Source: Klebsormidium nitens (Eukaryota; Plantae; Klebsormidiophyceae). Taken from it: a stretch of 64,000 nt of DNA. Below are positions 22,901 through 34,123 of the stretch, in pieces (the first letter of the stretch is position 1; each line of letters starts with the position of its first letter). Both the position numbers and the translations under genes were made by a program. Location of the stretch: the NCBI GenBank assembly GCA_000708835.1, contig DF237012.1, positions 124,001-188,000 on the forward strand, given 5' to 3'. The notes under the pieces were generated by a model. The model made no database searches. It was not told the origin of the DNA and saw only the letters and a program-made list of their open reading frames with translations.

Positions 22901-25900
22901 CCGGAACAAGAGGCAATATGAACTGCCCGTATCCGGCTGTTAAACTGGGGACTGTGCTTTATTACGACCGTGTTCACACCGTTCTCACAGAGCAAAGCAG
23001 TTCTTAAGAAAAACGACACTGACCGGACAGTCGACCTGGCATGGCTCAAAGTCTTTCATTCCGAAACAGTTTAAAAGGCTGGGATTCTGCTCAAGCGGCG
23101 CCGTTTTGAGGCAACAAAAGGAACTCCCACCTGATAGAACTCCTCTGAGTTCTTGAGCATCTCCTCGTGCATCTCCCACGACGCGTTCTCCAGGGGGCTC
23201 GTCAGCACGAACTGCTCGACCTTCTCAAATTGGTGCACACGGAAGATGCCCAGCGTGTCGCGCCCGTGGCTGCCGGCCTCCTTGCGGAAGCACGTGGAGT
23301 ACCCCGCGTACCTGGCCGGGAGCATAAGCTATGTGACGCGGCTTTCGAGAGCATAAGTTATGTGAGGCATTCAAAACGCCCGTGGCTGCCGGCCTCCTTG
23401 CGGAAGCACGTCGAGCGCCCCGCGTACCTGGCGGGAGCATAACCTATGGGACGCGACATTCGAGAGCATAAGGTATGTGAGGCGACGGAAACGCCGGTTC
23501 CTTGCGTAAACAAATCAAGTAGCCCGCGTATCTAGCCCAGAGCATAAGCTATGTGAAGTGACAGACAGGGCTTCAGGCACGAGATGGAACGGAAAGAACG
23601 AGATTCGGAACACGCTTCTAGGCTTTGTTTTCTTACGTGAGATACTTGGAAGAAAGAACATAGACCAAGATGAGAGATTGAGCTATGCTCCAGAGAGCCA
23701 TAAAGATAACATCTGGAAACATCTTTTGCGGACGAAGTGTTCAGGACAGATCTGATTAATCATCATCTACAAGCCTCACAGTCCTTCAGCACTGTCGAAC
23801 GCTCTCCAAGACAAGGAGCTCAGGATTTGGCCGAAGTAGCGCGAATAGGCCCTGTGCCCGAACCAGGGAGGCGGCCGCTCGCTTACAAACACTTTCGAGA
23901 TGAAAACTTCAGCGGACTGCCTTGCTGACCTCCTCCTCAACGGATGGATGAAGTATACCTCAAATTCGCAAGCACTTGAGCATAAGAGCAGCATTTCTGA
24001 CTATACCTTTCACGAAAAAGACCTGAAGCCGTGTCAAAGGCTACATCAAGAAACCACTATGATCCTTGGTCACCTACTTGATTGGCAGGCTTTTCGCGTC
24101 CATCCAGTCCCCCCGATGGTATGCACACAACGGTTGCTCTGACGTGGCAATCAGGTACTTGTCCTCCCCCTCGCCCGACACCTGGCATGCGAAAAAGCAA
24201 GGATAGTATTGGCGGTGCTTTGAAGGATCGAGACAAGACTCCTAGCAGAAGCGCGATAGAATATTAAGTAGAAGCGCATTTTGTGGTTGCTGAGGCAGGT
24301 ACGCAGGCACACACTGTCGTCGATGCTAAGAGTGCTCAATATGACGGGATCAGGGCAACCTGCAGACGCAATGGTCGGAGACTTCCGAACTTGCGAGCTG
24401 CAAAATGCAAGCTGCAGACACATCAAGAAAGACGGAACAAAAGTCTGCTCGAGAGGGTCATCACCGTCCCTTCTTCTTTTCCTGAACGATCGCATCCGGG
24501 CGCCACCTTCTGCTTCTTCCGGAACGAGAAACAATTGGGAACAATAAACCGGAACCACAGATTCGAAAAGAATGACTATGCTCAAGCGAAGGAAGACAGG
24601 CGAAGACGAAAGCGCAGCCTCACCTTGTAGAGCTCCTCGTCAAACTGCGCGAGCTGCGCGCATTCGGCCATGACATCCTGCTTCATGAAGAAGGGCGTCT
24701 GCAGGGGCGTGAAGCCGCGCTTGACCAGGAACGCCAGCCCGAAGTTGATCAGCGCTTGATTCAGCAGGACACCCGCGCCCTTCAAGTAGTAACCCCGATT
24801 GCCAGCAACACCCGTACCTGCAAAGGGGAAAGACAAGCGTGTTCTAATTGTGTCAATGAACATGTCTTCGAAAGGTTTGGAGCAGGCAAGGGGGAAAACG
24901 ACCGGAAATCCCGGCTTCCTTGTCGAAGTCTGCAGAGGAAGAGTTGCGACTTGAAAAGAACATGCATGTTCGTTTCTGAGTTGGAGTACTTTCTTTACGA
25001 GGATCGGGTGAAGTGCGGAAAGCGCTTTAAAAAGACCACCCCATGAACCTCTAAAATAAGTGATGGTAGAAACAGAGACTACGCAAGCTTTTGTGTCAAT
25101 CTCTTCCTGCGACAACCACCCCACCATGAAGTTGCACCGTTTGTTGGAAGGCCCCGTTCTTGCGTGGAGCAGAAAGCATCGTGAAGCTGCAATAAAAGTA
25201 AGGCTATTTCCTTGAGGGGCCAGCGTCATTGAGATGGGATATTTAGCGGGAAGGGCTCCAAACCTGAAGGGTCGAAGTTTTGAAAGATTGAGGCTCCAGT
25301 GATCGTGGCGAAAGTAAATGTTCAAATACACTAAATAGGAGTCCTAGACACTGATTGGCGAAATGACACTAATGGCGAAATTCCAAGCGGCGGCTGTGGC
25401 CGGTGGGCTGTACCGGTACCATTTCTTCATGTACCGACCCATTTGTCCCTTTTCCTCAGACGTGTTACTTGCCACAGTACCGACAGGGCTAAACGTTATG
25501 GGTTCTGAACATGGTTAAGAGTCGTCAAACTCAGAGGAAGTACCCGAGCGTTCCTGAACATGCTTAAGAGTCGTCAAACTCTTGAGGAAGTACCCGAGCA
25601 TGAGACAAATGCCTGAGAGTCTGGCAATTTTCGCCAGGCCGGCGCGATACGCTTCCTGGACACTAGATGGCAGAAATCTGGCGAAAATCAGATTTGGCGA
25701 AAATGTTTAGTTTCGCCACAAACATTGGAATGAGCGTTCACCAAGACAAAATATTTGGGGCTTCGATATTTTGCAGAACACTGACCTTTTTCAACATCCG
25801 CAATGCCGAGCATTTCGACGAGATCTACGTGGTTGTAGAGCTTCTCTTCGTGCCGCTCCGTCCCCCATTTCCGCACCACCTCGTTGTTATCCTGGAAAGA

Positions 25901-27550
25901 GAAGGTTGTGATCTCAACAACGGTAACTTCTTTAACCTTGCTGAGATACACAGCGGGGCGAAATAGCACAGGATAGACGGAAAAGCAATTACATAATCCG
26001 GATCACACCAATCCCCTTTCAAGCTCTGACTTACAAAGGCTCAAGCGAGACATCCCGACGATAATCACTCAACTCCCGCATTGCATTTTTAACAAAAGAA
26101 ATCAAAGTCTCTCCATCCGCACCTCGTTGTCATCAATTGGCACTGAATCATGCACCAAGTTTCCAATCGGCACGATTGCCCTGTCCACCGCAAGCTTGCA
26201 CTCCTTCTCCTCGTCTTCCTGCTTCTTGATCCCAGCGTCCAACTCCTTGCTCTGAGCAATCAACTCCGACGCATCTTCCTTCGCCTGGGCCGCAGACAAG
26301 CATGATGTGAGGTGCCACACAAACCAGAAAGTTGCAACCACCCGAAACACATACATTTCGGATCCACTGACATCGGCGAAGATTCGTCTCCTGCTATTGC
26401 CTCTTGGATAGTAACCTGGATGCTTGATAGACGGTCCCTGCTACCATCTAGGAGCTTTCCAGAAGCGGTGAGTGGGCCAGAACTAAGCTTCCCCTCTAGA
26501 TCCAATGCTTCATCAATTCGGAGTTGGTGAGTTTAAGAAGATTCACTTTATCTGCAAAGGAAATGTTTCTAGACAGAGGAAAGCCACCTCGCTGTTCCTT
26601 CTGCCTTTAAGCGAAGGCGATTAGACAAGATCCAGACTGACTTCTGAGAAAGTTGACGCCTAGTGTCTGCAAACTTTGTTGTGACCTGTGTACCTGAAAC
26701 ATCATTTGACAGAAGGAACGGAAGCCAGCTTTCGACCACTCACTCCATTGACTCATTTCGAATTTTGCTTCCTCAAATTCTGGTACTTAAGGTGCAAACA
26801 AGCTGTCAGGAACGTCGACCAAGATGAGATGGAGTCAGACTCACAATCTTCTTGTCCCTGATCTGCTTGTTCAGCTTGTTGAACTGGGTTTTGAGCTGAT
26901 CAAGCTGGAAACGACCTGCAGTCAGTTGGTGGCGGTCTTTGTTATCATATGCGGGATGCGTGGATGCGAGGACACTTGGAACAAAAGCCTTTCGTTTGAA
27001 GGCTCTGTGAGACCCATACAACAGTCGTTCGGAGGAACCATAATCAAAAACTATGATCAATCTGCCCCCATTGAGCAACCCACATCCTGTTTTGTTACGT
27101 GTGTCTGAAGCTTATGAAAATGCCGGCTCCAGAATGGACAGCCAATGCAGGATACGAAGAGGAACAACCAGATTTCCTTGGTAGAGCAGTCCCTGTTCTG
27201 CAAATGGCAAAGATGCTTCGAGCAATCTACACGAGCTCTTCCTACCCAAGGTTCACGCAGAGAGCGGTAGTCATTTGTTACTGTGAAGCATGTTATTCCA
27301 ATCCAGACGGGACATGAATGCAAGCCAGACTAAGCCAGCAAAAGGGGTTACTTGGATGTGCAGCAAAAGGAAATCAGAAGGAACTTTGTGCCACTGCAAA
27401 AGATTGACAACACTCACTTTGCCTCCATATTTCATCCAGTCTGATGACCTCGTCAACGAGCTTCTCATCTGCAAACCGCCGCCGCTGTGACTCCCTGATG
27501 ATGTCAGGGTTGCCACCCTTCTCCGCACGGAAGAGGTTGATGTCCAACAT
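19968..27550 (-). CDS. SerRS: Cytosolic seryl-tRNA synthetase, 10 exons, with a Lys/Ala/Pro-rich C-terminal tail
   Basis: The exons read [60 protein letters not shown], motif 2 [50 protein letters not shown] and motif 3 [19 protein letters not shown]. Confidence 0.97.
20585..21021 (-). repeat. Three degenerate copies of the 3' end plus donor of the penultimate SerRS exon
   Basis: GAGAAGGAGAAGGGCAAGCAGAAG|gt occurs at the real donor (21022) and again at 20872, 20747 and 20594. Confidence 0.9.
21305..21372 (-). repeat. Degenerate copy of the acceptor side of the penultimate SerRS exon
   Basis: On the + strand, GTCAGCGTCGAGTTGAGCAGGTGCGCGTACTGCCTCTG duplicates the exonic sequence at ~21172-21210. 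Confidence 0.8.
23312..23560 (-). repeat. Two degenerate copies of the acceptor plus start of the SerRS motif-2 exon
   Basis: tatgctcccggccag|GTACGCGGGGTACTCCACGTGCTTCCGCAAGGAG is repeated at ~23428 (AG intact) and ~23532 (more decayed). Confidence 0.88.
25505..25599 (+). repeat. Two-copy ~49 bp direct tandem repeat in a SerRS intron
   Basis: CTGAACATG(G/C)TTAAGAGTCGTCAAACTC(A/TT)GAGGAAGTACCCGAGC occurs twice. Confidence 0.85.
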
Positions 27551-28356
27551 CCTGGCAGAACAAGACTTCACTTGAGTTCCAGCAGTTGGAAAAATTGGCA
27601 CTTTCGCCCAGCCCCTTCAGGTTTTGTTGCCCTTCTTAAGCACTGGCAATCTTCCTATCGCCCTTCTCAAAGCTATCTTCCTGGCCAGCAGCTGATCTGC
27701 GCTCCAGCGTGCTCAATCCTGATCGCCCTGGCCCCTGCCCTAGACTCAGAGAATATCAACCCGCAGTCACCATTGGCATTGGCATGCAGTGATTTCCAAA
27801 GACCAGTCGGTTCACCATGGTAATAGTTATCCCAGGGCCAGGCACGTCGAGCACCATCCTTTGTCGTTAAAAGTTTCCCCCTCTAGAGCAGAATCTGCTG
27901 CCACCAGCAGGCAGCTCCCCCAGGTGCTCCTAGAACTTAGTAGAAGGGCAAAAGGCGTGTGGTCGCTGCCGCATTGTTGTAGTGGTGTACATTGCAGGGC
28001 AGTGTGCTCAGTTGGTTGTTGCATAGTTTTCGAGCTTATTGAGATTGCTTCCTGCCCGTCTTCCCGCTGCGTGTCAGGCAAAGCAGTTGTCATTGATTTC
28101 AATGTGCGCACAAGCCTCCTTCAGGAACACACCAGATTGCCATTCAGGCCATTGGTGTGTTAAGCTGTTGCGGGTTGAGCCCGGCGCTTGAGCTCTGGCG
28201 CGATGGTGAGATTTAAAAATCTCCCTTTTGATTCTTCCCATCAAGCATTGCTGGAGAAATGGTTTTCTACGTGGTTTTTCAGATTGCTAGATCCAAGTGA
28301 AAGGTGCTGTGAACGCATGATGCTCAATTTGTGATCCAACCGGAGAGGGCGCAGAA

Positions 28357-31300
28357 ATGCAGCAAAGGCAGGGTTTTGATCCAGGATCGAATCTCATGCT
28401 GAAAGCAACCATGGGCACATTGTCCACCTTTGATTATGGTGAGGCAAAAGTTGCTCGACAATCGGGCCCCTAGTGCCACATGGCAATGCTGCTGACCTCG
28501 GAGGAAATCTTTCCTGTCTTTTCAGAATACTCAACTCTTGAAAGAATCTTCATCAAAGGTTTGGAAGTTGGAACCAGTTGAAACTGGCTGTTCAATCATG
28601 ATCGAAGTTCCAAAGAGTCAAGCTGGCCTTTTGCGGCATTCTGTCAACATTGCTCTGGCTTCGCTAACCAGTTTAAGCATCTTGCAAACTTGCCTGCCTG
28701 CTGTTCAATGCCCCTTGCTAAAGAGTTGTCTGCGCTCTAGGAGCCATCGAAGCAACCCAGTAACAGTCTGGCGGCCTCAATTCCAACATTGTACCTGCCC
28801 TGTAGACTGTTGTTTTACTCATCAATTCTGAGCGAGCGCTTAGCGCTTGGCAGTAGAGTCTCAATGGTATTCGCAATGCTGTCAAAGGTCAGTCTGCAAG
28901 TCTGGTTGACTTTCTTCAATTCTTCTGTGAAGAGGAATGATAGGAATTAGTGACCCAGATCCTCGATGCGGCCAGGTTGAGATACAACTTGTGTTGGAGA
29001 AAGGACACCCACAAACACAACAGCCAGTCAGGCAGCTTTGCTTCCAGTGCTGATTTGCTGGACTCGTACCGTTTGCAGGCGAGTGCAGCCAAGGATGGGC
29101 CGGTGGAAGCCTTCCTCGACCTTGTCAGGAAAGAGAAGTTCCGAGAAGCAGCGGAGGAGTTTGTGAAGCTAGTGAAAGACCTGAGGTGCTCAAAACTGAC
29201 GCTTGAGAAGGAACAGGACTTCCGGTTGCATATCAATAAGGCGTTCAAGAGGGTAAGGACTACCCTGACAGTTCATGTGCGCCCCTAGTTGTCTTTGTCT
29301 TTGTCTTGCTCAAGTTTGCAGTCTCGGGGAATGCAAGTTTGCTCTGGAGGAAGAACGAACTTCCAAGGCCTGGCTTTTCAGAATGTCAAGGTGGCGGAAA
29401 GCAATCTGACCTTGGTGATCAGTCCCCTAATCATGTCAGGAGACGAGGGGACACGAGGAGATGAAAATTGCCATCAGCCTTCTCACAGCAGCAACCAGTG
29501 TCCACATCATGGTGATTCCCCAAGCAGTCCAGTAGGCACTTAATTGCTTCGAACCTCAGTTGAGCGCACGAGCAAGCGTTGCTTCTTTAATTATCCTCCA
29601 ATTGAAAGATCCAACTTTGTTCCTGTGCAGCTCTCGAAGTTTGTGCAAAGTAAAGAGGCTGTCCGTGGACTGCTCTCCATTCTTGAGCGAAGCCCTCCTC
29701 ATGGCGCGGTGGTGATGGAAGCTCTTTCCTCAATCCTGACCTCGTCCCTTGGACATCAGGTGATGTCCTGTCACTTGCCTCCGAAACGTGCATGAGGGTG
29801 TGCAAACCAAGTCGCCATAGACTCCTTGGTGTGAGCCAATTTGGACACTGGCACTAAATCTGTTGAAGGGTGCGCCAATTGGTGATTGCTCAGCAGTGGA
29901 CGTTTTGCTCTGGCCCCGAATGGGCTTACCATCTGGTGAAGGACTAGCGTCTCGCTTTCTTCAAAAGTCGGGATCATGATCCAAGGCCTTTTGCTTTTGC
30001 TGATGACTGCTAGTTAGATTGGACCAGGAACGAATCACAAAATCTGAAAGCGCGGTTGTCAGGTCTTGAGAATGGAAACCCTGAGTTCACGCGTTGAACT
30101 AATCTGTTTATACAGATCCTATAGTTTGATTGGTAAACGTGTCAAGTCAAGGTCCACAGAGTTTTTTTGCGAGCGCTATGCACCTTCAAAACCCTGGACA
30201 TTACTTTCGCACAAAGTGCCTCGAATGTACAGGCATGAAGTCTGTGGGACCACATATTGACTTCAATCATCTGCTTCCTCTTCTCTAGGTGGCATCCTGT
30301 GAGACTGCCGCTTCCGCTTTCTGGCATTATGGGGAGTGGCTGTTTGCCCCTCTGATGTCCCCGCCCTATCAGCCAAGGCATGGGCAAGAGGAGTACACCT
30401 TCAAGCACGTGTCCGACCACCTTCTCAACTTGGCGAAGTTGATGCAAGATGGCCCCCCGAGCTTCGTCAAAGGAGCCTTGCAGCAGCGGCTCCTCCAACA
30501 AGTCATCGCCTGCTTTCCATGGGGCCAACAGCTGTCGGCGCTCAAGTACCGGGGCCAACTTGGTCCCCTCGCTTGGCTTGCTCACATGCTCGCGCTGTTG
30601 GTCGGCGAGTTTCTAAACAAGGGGGAGCGCTCGGAGGTTCCACTGGGCAAGTTGGGGTTGCAGGCCTTGGTTCCTTGGTTAGTTGCCTTCTTTGATGAGT
30701 TGCGGTGCATGGCTGAGCTCGCAGCCAAGGATGGGCCCTGGGGTCAAGAAGGTGTGCAGCATGCGGAGGTCTCGGCACAGATTCTCTTCCACCATCTGCA
30801 CGAGATGACAATCTTGAACGAGATCATGCGAACTCCTCAGGGCCCTAGCTTCGAAGCAGCCGCACGGAAGTTGCTCTCGTGTATTTCTAGTCCGGATGCG
30901 AAGTTGCAAGGAGGTGCGCTGGTGAGCAACATCCACTACCTGAGGGTCCAAAGAGGGGCTCCGACCAAGGACACGCTCAAGGACTTCGAGGGTGTTCAAG
31001 GGCTGCTGCAAAGGGTTCAACAAACCTCGGGATCTGCCCGGAGTGAGGCGCTTTGGCAACTTCTCTCGGCAATCAACGGAGGAACAGTGCCTGCCCTTCA
31101 AAACCTGATGTTGCACTGTGAGGTCGTTTCGTGCCTCACTCAAGTGTTCCAAGCGGAGTTAGAGGCGACTTTGGAAGTAGAGACCGTGGAGATTAACCGG
31201 CTAGCAAGCATATTGGAGTTGCTCTCTTTGTTCACGGGGCTTGTGGACATGAGCGACTCAGGTTCACTTCGAGGTCGACTTTGACGCAGTGGGTGCTTGC

Positions 31301-33219
31301 CTTCTTGACAACGCCGATCGTGCTTTGCAACGGCTTGGGCAGAATACGAGGTACTTCTGGGAGGTTCTCGTTTTGTCCTACAATTCGGGCAACGTGCTAC
31401 AAGAGAGAAGGAGCGAGCTGATCAGGGTGGTCGTGCGGGGGCTTGACTCGGATGCTCCGGAGCGGTGGGCCGGTGTCTTGGGCTGGCACTTTCTGACTGT
31501 GCTCACGGGCATCGTTCCAAGCTTGAGAGGCTCAGGTTTTGGCGTGCAGACTAGAGAAGCGGGAGAAAGCGAGGCTTCCTATCGTACAAGATACGGAGTC
31601 GAGTTTAGAGCAAGGCATCCGCCTGTCGAAACGAGGCACGTAGAAATCGAGCAAGAGGGAAGTAGGGTTGCTAGAATGGCGATGGTCTTGTTCCGCCAGT
31701 TCAAAATATCTCACGAGCTACATGGTGGGTGCCCCAGCAGTGCTGCACTTGTACTCGAGCTACTCTGCCGCAACAATCCGGAGCTGCTAACGGAGCAGGT
31801 TCTTCCCAAGCTCAGCCTCCTCGTCGAAGTTCTAGAGATAGCATATAGCGAGGCGTCTTCTTCGTTCAGCGATCCCCCGGCAAGCACAAGCCCCGTGCAA
31901 GCAATCGACGACGAGCAACAGGATGCTCTTTGCGCCGCCCTCGCTGGTCTTGTGGCTCAATTGCTAGCTTTGGGCGACTCGTTGGACTTGGTGATCAAGG
32001 AGGTGGCGCGCAGCAAAGGTGTTGCCTTGTGCAAGCGCGTCTTGCGGTGTAAGAGAGCGACTGGAACAGCATACCCTCCTAGATTGGCTGCCTCCAGCGC
32101 ACATGGTGACTCGCGAGCAACGGCACAAGAGCTCGAGGCACTCGTTCAAGTGTGGGAGAAGATGGCGAAGGGGTTTGATCTGAAGCCCTGCAGCAATACG
32201 GTAAGCTGTCAAGCTTGAATGCATGCGTTTTCAGATCTTTTTGCAAGGAAAGTTGCGATTGATGTCATGTATGTGTGGGAAGGTTTCAAGTTCCGGCCTT
32301 AAGTCAGACTCAATCTGTGTTGTCCTACTTATGACCAGGCTTGGAAATAGACCTGTAACGGATAGTTTTCAACTGCTTTTGGTGAACTTTTAGCTTACAG
32401 ACACTGATGTCTTCAATTTTGGTAGCCTGAGGCGGCTTTGTTCAAGATAAAGACAACATTTGTAGGGGCTTACAGTTTAGAGCGTTCGTATATCACAGAA
32501 TTCTGCAGTGCAAATACAGCTTACGAAACTATCTGGTGGTTCAATTTTTAAAACTCCAACATCAATATCACCCCTCATGGTGAACCCTAGCTGCAAGTGC
32601 TGTCTGGCTGAATTTTGGATGATTGGTTTTGCAAGCAGCTGAGATATCTCCGCTCTCCGTGTGTTTTGGTGTAGGATTGTCAAGGGGAGATTCTAGAGTC
32701 CGTAAAGAAGACCTTCAAGAAGTGCAGCGCCTGTGGGATGGTCCAATACTGTTCCCAAAGTTGCCAAGTAAGTATGAACGGTCTAACTTATTTCATTCGA
32801 AAGCCCCGTGCGTAAAATGCGAAGATATGTTGGCACCACCAAACATTTGCTTCTCTTCCTCAAATTTGGAGCTGGATGGCTACGACCCAACGAGTTTCAG
32901 GATTGCGTATTCTGGTGACTGAGCGACATTGCCGCCAAAAAATCTCAACTGTAGAAGAGGGTAGTATGTGGTTGGATCAAAGGAGTTTGAACAAGTTCTT
33001 CTGCTGAAAGATGTGCTTGCGTGCTTTCAATGATTTATGTCATCACCGGATGCTCGATGGATTTTTGAAGAATGAAAAGACGTAGTCAGTGACTTCTGGT
33101 GACTGAGCGACATCTGCATGTGTTCACTGTAATCCATCGATGTTTAACGTTTTTGCTTGCAGCGTGCACACTGGAGAAAGGAGCACAAAGTGGAATGCAA
33201 AGCAATGTCGTTGAAATAA
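28357..33219 (+). CDS. Large helical protein (possibly ARM-like) with a C-terminal MYND zinc finger; the 5' exons are uncertain
   Basis: Long coding exons lie at ~28950-29250, ~29620-29758, 30289-~31176 and 31262-32200, followed by 32675-32767 and 33163-33219. They splice in phase 0 to give PCSNT|DCQGEILESVKKTFKKCSACGMVQYCSQSCQ|RAHWRKEHKVEC...*, which is a complete MYND pattern. Confidence 0.82.
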
Positions 33220-33909
33220 AACGCTGCTTGATCTCAGTCATTGGATCGTGAACTGGTTTTGCAAGGACCCTCCATAATTGTTGCGGCACCCAATTAATGA
33301 TTGCGCCACAAGCACGACACATGTAGCGCTTGGCCGACAAGAATACTTTATGGCCGGTCGTATGCAATGGTGTCTGAGGCTTTTTCAAAGTACGCAATTT
33401 AGAAATCGTCCCGTGACTTTCGAGCATCATTGTGACGGTCCAGCCATACCACTTTAAAATATGTAAACCCGGAAGTTCTTATATGCGTATGTATCCCCCC
33501 AATGTCACATCTGATTTGAAGCCAGGAGTTACAATCCAAATTTTTCTGCATATGCATGCAATCATGCAAGTAGTAGGTAGTATGGACAAATGAACTTGCA
33601 GAACTTGTGACAAACGGTGACCTAACTCATGGTGCTATATTAATATTATGTCACTCGATTATACGGTATACAGTAGGCAAGAGTGCACGAGGACAGGTCA
33701 GAACCATTACCGAGACAATTTCGATCTGCGCGGCGAGAACCGTGAGATGTCACTGGTATTCAAGAATGTCTGGATGCAGACCTGACTCTGGTTAGCCGGT
33801 AGCGGTAACGGGGACCGGGGCCCTCACCGGAGGTAACGTACCCGCGAAGGTTACAAACTTGATCAATGGCTACCAGATTAATTGAGCAGATTTAATTGGA
33901 GAGAATGAC

Positions 33910-33981
33910 TAATAAATTAATAAATTAATTAATATATTATATATATATATATATATTAATTAATAAATTAATAAATTAATT
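33910..33981. repeat. Pure A/T island: (AT)n core with inverted arms and outer direct repeats
   Basis: TAATAAATTAATAAATTAATT occurs at 33910 and 33961. ATTAATTAATAT and ATATTAATTAAT flank the (AT)n core. Confidence 0.85.
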
Positions 33982-34123
33982 GCAGGACAGCAACCTGCCT
34001 GTAACGTCAAGCAATGACAACTTCGAGCAACGTTCAGACGCTATTCCTCCGCTAGAACTTAGAAGCTGTTCAAAGCAGATCAAAGCTATTTTCTCTAGAG
34101 CTGCCAGCTTTTTCGTGCCTGCA

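Noticed and set aside
28120-28155. Possible upstream coding micro-exon or uORF (ATG GCC TGA ATG GCA ATC TG|gt) for SerRS
   Set aside because: The conserved SerRS start (MLDINLF) is at 27550, and the upstream donor cannot be assigned without transcripts.
31177-31289. Apparent frameshift or stop between ORFs 30289-31284 and 31289-32218
   Set aside because: It is explained by an ordinary ~85-nt phase-0 intron (for example GAA|gtagag ... gactcag|GTT at 31262), although the exact donor is uncertain.
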